A stretch of 64,000 bases of DNA, from assembly GCA_963834365.1 (NCBI GenBank), contig CAWIBS010000036.1, forward strand, positions 277,439 to 341,438. The letters run 5' to 3'. The position numbers and the translations under genes were made by a program. Below are positions 56,964-64,000 of this stretch, piece by piece. The stretch is from Vicinamibacterales bacterium (GTDB lineage: Bacteria; Acidobacteriota; Vicinamibacteria; Vicinamibacterales; Vicinamibacteraceae). The notes beneath the pieces were generated by a model. The model did no database searches. It saw only the letters and a program-made list of their open reading frames with translations, and was not told where the DNA came from. The stretch's first letter is position 1. The number at the start of each line of letters is the position of its first letter.

Positions 56964-58789
56964 TGGCAGCCTGGCAGACCCACGACTACGATGTGCTCAT
57001 CATCGGCGCGGGCGGAGCGGGACTGAGGGCGGCGATCGAAGCATCCGCGGCCGGCGTCTCCGTCGGCGTGGTCTGCAAGTCCCTTCTCGGAAAGGCGCAC
57101 ACGGTGATGGCCGAGGGCGGCATCGCGGCGGCGCTCTCGAACGTCGACGATCGCGATGGCTGGCAGGTGCACTTCGCCGACACGATGCGCGGCGGCCAGT
57201 ACGTCAACAACGCGCGGATGGCCGAGATTCACGCCCGGGAAGCGCCCGCGCGCGTGCGCGAGCTCGAAGCCTGGGGGGCGCTGTTCGATCGCACGGCCGA
57301 CGGCCGGATCCTGCAACGCAACTTCGGCGGCCATCGGTATCCGCGCCTTGCGCACGTCGGGGATCGGACCGGCCTGGAGATGATCCGCACGCTCCAGGAC
57401 CACGGCGTCCACCAGGGCATCACGTTTCACATGGAATGCACGGTCACGCGCCTGCTGACGTCGGGCGAGGGCATCGTCGGCGCCTTCGGCTACGACCGTG
57501 AGAAGGGCCGGTTCCGCGTGTTCACCGCCAGGGCGGTCGTGCTGGCGACGGGCGGGATCGGCCGGGCATTCTCGGTGACGAGCAACAGCTGGGAGTACAC
57601 GGGCGATGGCCATGCCCTGGCGTACGACGCGGGCGCGGACCTCATCGACATGGAGTTCGTTCAGTTCCATCCGACCGGCATGGTCTGGCCGCCGAGCGTC
57701 CGCGGCATCCTCGTCACCGAGGGCGTTCGCGGCGAGGGTGGCGTGCTGCGCAACCGGGACGGCCGCCGCTTCATGTTCGATCACATTCCCGATCTGTACG
57801 CGACCCAGACGGCGACCGACGAGGAAGAGGGCTGGCGCTACTGCCAGGGCGACAAGAGTGCCAACCGGCCGCCCGAGCTCCTGACCCGCGACCACGTCGC
57901 GCGCTGCATCGTCCGCGAGATCCGCGAAGGGCGGGGGAGCCCGCACGGCGGGGTGTTCCTGGACATCTCGTGGATCAAGGCGCGGGTGCCGAACGGCGAG
58001 GATCACATCCGCCGCAAGCTGCCGAGCATGTACCACCAGTTCAAGGAGCTCGCGGGCATCGACATCACGAAAGAGCCGATGGAAGTTGGACCGACGACGC
58101 ACTACGTGATGGGCGGGGTGCGGGTGGATGCCGAGACGCAGATGTCGTCGGTTCCCGGACTGTTCGCCGCTGGCGAATGCGGCGCCGGCCTGCACGGGGC
58201 CAACCGCCTCGGCGGCAACTCGTTGTCGGACCTGCTCGTGTTCGGCAAGCGGGCCGGCGAGCACGCCGCCGCGTTCGCCCGCTCGCGGGGCGAGACCGAG
58301 ACCCGCGTCGACGAGTCGCAGGCCGACGCGGCCGCGCGCGCGGCGCTCGAGCCGCTCGAGCGCCAGGGGAGCGCCGACACGGGAAATCCCTTCCGGATCC
58401 AGCACGATCTGCAGTCGATGATGCAGAAGCTCGTGGGGATCGTGCGCCGCGAGGACGAGATGCGCGAGGCGCTCGACGGGCTCCGGCTGTTGCGCCAGCG
58501 CGCGACCCAGGCCATCTCGCCGGGGAACCGGGAATACAACCCGGGTTGGCACACCGCGCTCGATCTCGACAACCTGCTGACGGTCTCCGAGGCCGTCACG
58601 CTGGCGGCGCTCGAACGGCGGGAGAGCCGTGGCGCGCAGTTCCGCGACGACTATCCGGACAGGGATCCCGTCTTCGGCAAGCTGACGATCGTCGTCCGCA
58701 AGGGCGCCGATGGCACGATGCACGTCGTGCGCGAGCCGATTCCGGAGCTGAGCGCCGAGCACAAGGCGATCGTGGAGGCGAACAGGTGA
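56963..58789 (+). CDS. sdhA: Succinate dehydrogenase/fumarate reductase flavoprotein subunit
   Basis: YDVLIIGAGGAGLRAAIEA (FAD), SLLGKAHTVMAEGGIAA (covalent-FAD His region), HPTG, HYVMGGV and GANRLGGNSL. Confidence 0.95.
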   Translation: MAAWQTHDYDVLIIGAGGAGLRAAIEASAAGVSVGVVCKSLLGKAHTVMAEGGIAAALSNVDDRDGWQVHFADTMRGGQYVNNARMAEIHAREAPARVRELEAWGALFDRTADGRILQRNFGGHRYPRLAHVGDRTGLEMIRTLQDHGVHQGITFHMECTVTRLLTSGEGIVGAFGYDREKGRFRVFTARAVVLATGGIGRAFSVTSNSWEYTGDGHALAYDAGADLIDMEFVQFHPTGMVWPPSVRGILVTEGVRGEGGVLRNRDGRRFMFDHIPDLYATQTATDEEEGWRYCQGDKSANRPPELLTRDHVARCIVREIREGRGSPHGGVFLDISWIKARVPNGEDHIRRKLPSMYHQFKELAGIDITKEPMEVGPTTHYVMGGVRVDAETQMSSVPGLFAAGECGAGLHGANRLGGNSLSDLLVFGKRAGEHAAAFARSRGETETRVDESQADAAARAALEPLERQGSADTGNPFRIQHDLQSMMQKLVGIVRREDEMREALDGLRLLRQRATQAISPGNREYNPGWHTALDLDNLLTVSEAVTLAALERRESRGAQFRDDYPDRDPVFGKLTIVVRKGADGTMHVVREPIPELSAEHKAIVEANR

Positions 58790-59526
58790 ACGCCACGTTC
58801 CGGATCTGGCGCGGGGACGCGAGCGGCGGCGCCCTGAAGGACTATCGCACCGAGGTGTCGGAAGGCATGGTCGTGCTCGACGCCGTGCATCAGGTGCAGG
58901 CGGAATCGGCGCCCGATCTCGCGGTCCGCTGGAATTGCAAGGCCGGCAAGTGCGGCTCCTGCTCAGCCGAGGTCAACGGTCAGCCGAGGCTGATGTGCAT
59001 GGCGCGGCTGAGCGATCTCGACCTGACGCAGCCGGTCACGATCGAGCCGATGCAGGCCTTTCCGCTGATGCGCGATCTCGTGAGCGACGTATCCTGGAAC
59101 TTCGCGGTCAAGCAGAAAATCAAACCCTTCACGCCGCGGCAGCCGGACGCGCCCGACGGCACCTGGCGGATTGCTCAGGCCGACGTCGACCGCGTGCAGG
59201 AGTTCCGCAAGTGCATCGAGTGCTTCCTCTGCCAGGACGTGTGCCATGTCCTCCGGGACCATCACCGGCACGAGGCGTTCATCGGGCCGCGGTTCCTCGT
59301 CTACGCCGCCGCGCTCGAGATGCACCCGCTCGACGTGGAGGACCGCATCGAGGACCTGAAATCCACCCACGGCGTGGGCTACTGCAACATCACCAAGTGC
59401 TGCACGAAAGTCTGTCCGGAGCACATCACGATCACCGACAATGCGATCATTCCGTTGAAGGAGCGCGTGGTGGACCGGTTCTACGATCCGCTCACGCGCC
59501 TGCTGCGGCTGGTGAAGCCAGCCTGA
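58786..59526 (+). CDS. sdhB: Succinate dehydrogenase/fumarate reductase iron-sulfur subunit
   Basis: GTG 58786 overlaps the sdhA stop (GTGA). It has CKAGKCGSCSAEVNG (2Fe-2S), CIECFLCQDVC and CTKVCP (4Fe-4S/3Fe-4S clusters). Confidence 0.9.
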   Translation: MNATFRIWRGDASGGALKDYRTEVSEGMVVLDAVHQVQAESAPDLAVRWNCKAGKCGSCSAEVNGQPRLMCMARLSDLDLTQPVTIEPMQAFPLMRDLVSDVSWNFAVKQKIKPFTPRQPDAPDGTWRIAQADVDRVQEFRKCIECFLCQDVCHVLRDHHRHEAFIGPRFLVYAAALEMHPLDVEDRIEDLKSTHGVGYCNITKCCTKVCPEHITITDNAIIPLKERVVDRFYDPLTRLLRLVKPA

Positions 59527-59535
59527 GGAGACCTC

Positions 59536-60048
59536 ATGTTTGCGCTGAAGCGGCTGTCGCCCGACGCGATCCCGGCGGCGCTCGAGCGAGCCGAGCGTTA
59601 CCGGTTGCTGAACGAGCCGATCGATGCCGAGAGCATCTGTGAGGACGTGCTCGCGATTGCGCCCGGCCATCAGGGCGCGCTGGTCATGCTGCTGCTGGCG
59701 TTGACCGACCAGTTCGGGGAGCGCCTCGGCCCGGCGCTGGCGCGCTCACGGAGCGTGCTCGCGCAGATCGAGGATTCGTATTCCCGGTTGTACTATTCGG
59801 GCCTGCTGGCGGAGCGAGCGGCCAAGGCACACCTGCGCCGTGGCGGGTTCGCGTCCGGGCACGTCGCCTACGAGCTCGCGTCCGAGGCCATGGCCGCGTA
59901 CGAGCAGGCCGCCGCCCAGGCGCCCGCGGGCAACGACGAGGCCACGTTGCGCTGGAATACGTGCGCGCGCCTCATCGACGCCAATCCGAACATGGTGCCC
60001 GCGCCGCGCGAGCGGGAAGAGGCGATGCTGGACGCGCGGGTCGACTAG
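59536..60048 (+). CDS. Hypothetical helical protein, fourth gene of the sdh operon
   Basis: Intact 170-aa ORF, 9 nt after the sdhB stop, on the same strand and with the same codon bias. It looks all-helical and TPR-like (ALERAERYRLLNEP...AMAAYEQAAAQAP). I cannot name a family. Confidence 0.5.
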   Translation: MFALKRLSPDAIPAALERAERYRLLNEPIDAESICEDVLAIAPGHQGALVMLLLALTDQFGERLGPALARSRSVLAQIEDSYSRLYYSGLLAERAAKAHLRRGGFASGHVAYELASEAMAAYEQAAAQAPAGNDEATLRWNTCARLIDANPNMVPAPREREEAMLDARVD

Positions 60049-60049
60049 C

Positions 60050-60205
60050 CAGCGACCAACTCCAACTACCAACTACGAACTACCAACTACGAACTACGAA
60101 CTACGAACTACGAACTACGACCAACGACACGACGATCGTTCGTACCTGGTAGCTGGTAGACTGGTGCCTAGCGTAGCTGGTAGCTGGTAGCTGGTAGCTG
60201 TCTAG
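60050..60205. repeat. Opposed heptamer arrays around a short palindrome, between convergent genes
   Basis: Left arm CAACTCC AACTACC AACTACG AACTACC AACTACG x5 (60050-60128). Centre ACGACGATCGTTCGT. Right arm GGTAGCT GGTAGAC TGGTGCC TAGCGTA GCTGGTA GCTGGTA GCTGGTA GCTG (60144-60205). GGTAG pairs with CTACC, so the arms are partly complementary. Confidence 0.9.
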
Positions 60206-61086
60206 GTCCCTGCGATCGGCGTGACGACGACTTTCCGGAACCACACCTTGCCGTGGTCGCCCTGGAGCATGATCGGGCCGGGCTCGGTTTCGTTCGCATC
60301 GAGCGCGCCGCCCGTGATCGCCGGAATCGCGACGTTGTCCTGCACCGTCTGCCCGTTGAGCACGACCGTCACGTGATTGCCGACGATCGTCGCCTCCATC
60401 GCCTGCCACTCGCCCGGCGCCTTGCTGGCGTTCACCTTCGGCGCCACCCACGCGTAGAGCGACATGTGCCCGTGGCTTTCGGGCGGCTTGCCCAGGTCGT
60501 CGAGCACCTGCAGCTCGTAGCGCCCGCGCAGGTAGATGCCGCTGTTGCTGGCCTTTTCCAGCTTGTACTCGGCTTGAATACGGAAATCCTTGAAATGCTG
60601 CTTCGAGACCAGGTTGTTGGCCTTGGCCTCGTTCGTCATGGCGCCGTCCGCCATGGTCCAGCCCGACGGACGCTCTTTGTGCTGGACGTCCCAGGCGTCG
60701 AGCGACGTCAAATCGACGGCCTTGCCGAAGGCGTGGCGCGCGTTGGCGTTCGCGTCCTTCCACGCGGGCGGGCGGACGCCGACCCACGTGATGGCCGCGC
60801 CCTGCGCCGTCGTCGTGCTTCCAATCAGTTTCCCGCCTTCGAGCTTCGCGCGATGCTCGGGAGCCGTCCGGCCCTGACCCGCGGCAGGACGGAACACGAG
60901 CTCGGGGCCCTCGATCTTGATCTCGGGCAGCGCGACCGGGCTTCCGCCGCGATTGAGGAACTTGCCACTGAGCTTGCCGCCGTCCTCTTTCACCTCCAGC
61001 CAGTAGACCTGGCCCGCGGCGTCACCAGTGCCGGTGAGATTCCAGCGGCCGAGAAATCCCGAATTGTCGGCCTGCAGCGACGCCAT
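60202..61086 (-). CDS. DUF1080 (3-keto-disaccharide hydrolase-like) domain protein; signal peptide probably lost to an upstream indel
   Basis: NSGIYLRGRYELQVLD and GPIMLQGDHGKVWFRKVVV are the DUF1080 jelly-roll motifs. Upstream, ATG ~61131 plus a 1-nt shift would add ...VLAALLACSAMASLQ (lipoprotein-like signal). Confidence 0.7.
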   Translation of the reverse strand: MASLQADNSGFLGRWNLTGTGDAAGQVYWLEVKEDGGKLSGKFLNRGGSPVALPEIKIEGPELVFRPAAGQGRTAPEHRAKLEGGKLIGSTTTAQGAAITWVGVRPPAWKDANANARHAFGKAVDLTSLDAWDVQHKERPSGWTMADGAMTNEAKANNLVSKQHFKDFRIQAEYKLEKASNSGIYLRGRYELQVLDDLGKPPESHGHMSLYAWVAPKVNASKAPGEWQAMEATIVGNHVTVVLNGQTVQDNVAIPAITGGALDANETEPGPIMLQGDHGKVWFRKVVVTPIAGT

Positions 61087-61251
61087 CGCAGAACAGGCGA
61101 GCAGAGCGGCGAGTACAGGATCGTGGTGACATCAGGCACTCCAAGCAGAAATGCGGTCGCGTTCTTATGCCAGAATCCTAACTGATTTCTGGCGGCGCAG
61201 GGCTCGAGGCTCGCGTCGTCCGATCCGATCATTCCGCGCCCAGATCCCTCC

Positions 61252-62457
61252 GTGTCCCTGGTGCTCCGCGCCCGCTGGGTCCTTCCGATCACGGCACCTC
61301 CCGTTTCAGACGGGTGGGTCCACGTCCGGCGCGGTCGCGTCGTCGCGCTCGGCGGGGGAACGCCACCGCCGCTTCCGGGCTCGGACGAGCGCGATCTCGG
61401 CCATGCCGTGCTGCTCCCCGGGCTCGTCAACGCGCACACGCACCTCGAACTGTCGTGGCTCTGGGGCAAGGTGCCGCCGGCTGCATCGCTGCCGGCATGG
61501 GTGGGGTCGCTGCTTGCCCGACGCGCCGAGGCTGCCGCCGACGATGTGGCGGCGATGCGGCAGGCGATCGTGGACGCCGAGGAAGCGGGAACGGCTGCGG
61601 TCGGCGACATCTCGAACACGCTGGCCTCCGTGCCGTGCCTGGTGAAGAGCCGGCTCCATGCGGTCGTGTTCAAGGAGATCATCGGGTTCAGCCCCGGCGA
61701 TGCCGACGCGACGGTGGCCGATGGGGAAGCGGCGATCGACCGGATGCCGCGGCCGTCGCGGCTGCGGATCGTGCTCGCGCCGCATGCGCCGTACTCCGTG
61801 GCGCCGTCACTCATCTCGGCAATTGCGGCCTCGGCGGCACGGCGTGAGGCCGTTACGAGCATCCACCTCGGAGAATCGCCGGAGGAGGTGGCGTTTCTCG
61901 CCGACGGAAGCGGTGCCTGGCGGGCGCTGCTCGAAGCACGTGGCGCGTGGAACCGGGCCTGGGCGCCGCCGGCCTGCGGGCCGGTCGAGTATATCGATCG
62001 CCTGGGGGCCCTCGGGCCGCGCACGCTGGTCGTGCACGGCGTGCAGTGCTCGGATCGGGAGCTCTCCCTGATCGCGACCCGGGGCGCCACGCTCGTCACG
62101 TGTCCGCGGAGCAACGTCTGGGTGGGCGTGGGAGCGCCGCCGGCCTCTCGTTTCTTCGCGTCGGGGGTGCGTGTCGCCATCGGCACGGACAGCCTGGCGA
62201 GCGGCACGGACCTCAACGTGTTCTCCGAAGTCTCCACGCTCCATCACCTGGCGCCGGAGGTGCCGCCGGCGCGGCTCCTGCACAGCGCGACCCGCGCTGG
62301 CGCCCTGGCGCTCGGCCTCGATCGTCTGGGCGCCATCGAGCCCGGCGCCGTGGCGCGGCTCATCACCGTGGACCTGCCGATGGGCGTACGGGACGTCGAG
62401 CGATACCTGGTCGAGGGCGTCGATCCCGGGCAGATCGCGTGGGCTCCCAGCGCTTGA
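61252..62457 (+). CDS. Amidohydrolase-superfamily metallo-deaminase/chlorohydrolase-like protein
   Basis: Intact 401-aa ORF with LLPGLVNAHTHLELS (HxH metal site), APHAPYSV, HLGES, VVHGV and AIGTDSLAS (Asp). Confidence 0.75.
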   Translation: MSLVLRARWVLPITAPPVSDGWVHVRRGRVVALGGGTPPPLPGSDERDLGHAVLLPGLVNAHTHLELSWLWGKVPPAASLPAWVGSLLARRAEAAADDVAAMRQAIVDAEEAGTAAVGDISNTLASVPCLVKSRLHAVVFKEIIGFSPGDADATVADGEAAIDRMPRPSRLRIVLAPHAPYSVAPSLISAIAASAARREAVTSIHLGESPEEVAFLADGSGAWRALLEARGAWNRAWAPPACGPVEYIDRLGALGPRTLVVHGVQCSDRELSLIATRGATLVTCPRSNVWVGVGAPPASRFFASGVRVAIGTDSLASGTDLNVFSEVSTLHHLAPEVPPARLLHSATRAGALALGLDRLGAIEPGAVARLITVDLPMGVRDVERYLVEGVDPGQIAWAPSA

Positions 62458-62493
62458 GGCCGATCAGCTTACGAGGTACACTGTCAAGTGCAT

Positions 62494-62574
62494 GGCGCGG
62501 CTGAAGCCGCGCCCTCCTGCGGTCGCTGGCCGGCAATCGCATGGACCGCAGGAGGGCCGGGCTTCAGCCCGGCC
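62494..62574. repeat. Convergent pair of REP-like hairpins forming a larger inverted repeat
   Basis: GGCGCGGC-TGAA-GCCGCGCC-CTCC-TGCGG (62494-62522) and CCGCA-GGAG-GGCCGGGC-TTCA-GCCCGGCC (62546-62574). The flanks CCTCCTGCGG and CCGCAGGAGG also pair. Confidence 0.9.
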
Positions 62575-62611
62575 GCTCCGTACGGGCCGATCCCCTCCTC
62601 GAGGTCACACC

Positions 62612-63436
62612 ATGGAAGCCGTCACCGGATCGTCGCCGACAGACTACGCCTATCGGACCTACCGTCCAGGCTCGCGGGAATGGCACTTCTACCACGACCG
62701 CATCGTCGGATCGACAGTCGATGTCACCCAGACCCTGCGTCGGCGGTTCCTCGATACGCGCCCCATGGAGATGACCATGCGTCAGGCGCTCGAGTACTAC
62801 AACGACATCGTGGACGAGTCCGATCCCGACATGGACTCGGAGCCGCAGGTGATCCACGCCATCCAGTGCGCGCTCGGAGCGAAGGCGGCGGGCCTGCCCG
62901 AGTGGGCGCTCGTGATTGGCTTCATTCATGACGTCGGCAAGCTGCTCGTCAAGCTCGGCCTCCGCCAGCCCTTCGTGGTCGGCGACCAGTGGCCCGTGGG
63001 CTGCGCGCCGTCCACGAAGATCGTCTGCTCGAACTTCTTCTCCGAGAATCCCGACACGCACCACCCGGTCTACGGCACGCGCCTCGGGATGTACGAAGCC
63101 GGGTGCGGGCTCGACCGGCTGGTGATGGCGTTCGGCCACGACGAGTACCTCTATCGCGTGCTGCTCGACGGGGTGAAGGACGGCGGCTCCACGCTGCCGC
63201 TCGAGGCGCTGCATCCCGTGCGCTATCACTCGGCATACGTCATTCACACGGCGGGCGAGTACGACTACTTCCTGACCGATCACGATCGGGCGTGGATGCC
63301 CCTCCTCCACGCGTTCCGTGACCACATCGACCTCTACACCAAGCGCGGCGACACCGCGGGCCTCGAGGACCACCTGCCGGGGATCTGGGAGGTCGTGGAT
63401 CGCTACATCCGGCCGGACTACAAGTTCCGTTGGTAG
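62612..63436 (+). CDS. Myo-inositol oxygenase (MIOX) family HD-domain diiron oxygenase
   Basis: Intact 274-aa ORF collinear with animal MIOX: [54 protein letters not shown] and IDLYTK, ending ...YKFRW. Confidence 0.8.
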   Translation: MEAVTGSSPTDYAYRTYRPGSREWHFYHDRIVGSTVDVTQTLRRRFLDTRPMEMTMRQALEYYNDIVDESDPDMDSEPQVIHAIQCALGAKAAGLPEWALVIGFIHDVGKLLVKLGLRQPFVVGDQWPVGCAPSTKIVCSNFFSENPDTHHPVYGTRLGMYEAGCGLDRLVMAFGHDEYLYRVLLDGVKDGGSTLPLEALHPVRYHSAYVIHTAGEYDYFLTDHDRAWMPLLHAFRDHIDLYTKRGDTAGLEDHLPGIWEVVDRYIRPDYKFRW

Positions 63437-63447
63437 GGGCTGCACCC

Positions 63448-64000
63448 GTGGAGTCGCGTGCGGGCGCTCGCTCGCCGGGGGAGCTCGTCCGCACCTACGC
63501 GTCCTTCATTCGCGTCGGCCACTCGGTCTTCGCGCTGCCGTTCGCGCTGGTCGGCGCGCTGCTCGCGGCGCTCGAGCGGCCGCTGACCTGGTCCCGCCTC
63601 GGCTGGATCGTCGTGGCGATGGTGACCGCCCGCAGCGCGGCCATGGCCTTCAACCGCATCGTCGATGCGGAGTTCGACGCCCTCAATCCGCGGACGGCGA
63701 ATCGCGAGCTGCCCACCGGCCGGCTGTCGCGCCGCCAGGCGATTGGCATTCCTCGTCGTGACCACGGTCGCGTTCGTCGCCAGCACGTGGCCGCTCGGCC
63801 CCGTGTGCGTCGCGCTCTCCCCCGTGGCCCTCGCGATCGTGTTCTGGTATTCGCTGGCCAAGCGCGTCACCGACTACACGCAGCTGTTCCTCGGGCTGGC
63901 GATGGCGGTGGCGCCGGTGGGCGGCTGGCTCGCCGTCGGCGCCGGTTTCGACTGGCCCCCGGTCCTCCTGGGACTGGCGATCGGCGCATGGGTCGGCGGG
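63448..64000 (+). CDS. UbiA-family aromatic prenyltransferase (MqnP/4-hydroxybenzoate polyprenyltransferase-like), 3' end outside window; one apparent frameshift
   Basis: GTG 63448 gives ...[24 protein letters not shown]...[31 protein letters not shown] (NxxxDxxxD). After about 63745 the hydrophobic continuation [57 protein letters not shown] is in another frame. It is not in the ORF track because it has no stop inside the window. Confidence 0.8.
   Translation, partial: MESRAGARSPGELVRTYASFIRVGHSVFALPFALVGALLAALERPLTWSRLGWIVVAMVTARSAAMAFNRIVDAEFDALNPRTANRELPTGRLSRRQAIGIPRRDHGRVRRQHVAARPRVRRALPRGPRDRVLVFAGQARHRLHAAVPRAGDGGGAGGRLARRRRRFRLAPGPPGTGDRRMGRR

Overview
64-kb, very GC-rich (third codon positions almost all G/C) core-chromosome segment of a diderm bacterium. 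Gene content and repeat style suggest an Acidobacteriota-like lineage, but that is inference only. All calls rest on reading the supplied translations and the DNA by eye; no searches were run. I can support about 55 protein genes, nearly all housekeeping: coaX; an ECF-type sigma/anti-sigma pair; argS, mobA, lnt, prfB (with its canonical programmed +1 frameshift); a class A PBP; dnaK-dnaJ-hspR; a nucleotide-sugar pair; a DnaC/DnaI-like ATPase; hemW; an acyl-CoA dehydrogenase plus a MeaB-epimerase ORF; mtnP and a PfkB kinase; an enoyl-CoA hydratase; ribH-nusB; lysS; lolE-lolD; clpC. It also holds the envelope cluster bamA-skp-fabZ-lpxA-lpxI. A futalosine-route menaquinone set (mqnA, a radical-SAM MqnC/E enzyme, a cysteine-free MqnC/E paralogue, a UbiA-type prenyltransferase) is interleaved with glpD and sdhCAB, and there is a MIOX-family oxygenase. 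I saw no rRNA, tRNA, CRISPR, transposase, integrase, phage or recognisable defence genes, so I cannot point to a clear novel multi-gene system. Two things dominate a second look. (1) Many dozens of reading-frame breaks (order of a hundred by eye, not computed), often at short homopolymers and concentrated at 24.8-28.5 kb and 34.7-44.3 kb, hit indispensable genes; they are best read as consensus indel errors, not biology. (2) The intergenic repeat system is unusually structured. Tandem arrays of 7-nt units use different unit types after stop codons and before start codons. They combine with REP-like hairpins that keep a TGAA/TTCA loop and a GGAGG/CCTCC flank while the stem covaries. Gene-level curiosities worth checking: the Cys-free MqnC/E paralogue coupled to mqnA, an in-frame MeaB-methylmalonyl-CoA epimerase ORF, a bacterial MIOX next to the prenyltransferase, and a zinc-ribbon DnaC/DnaI-like ATPase.
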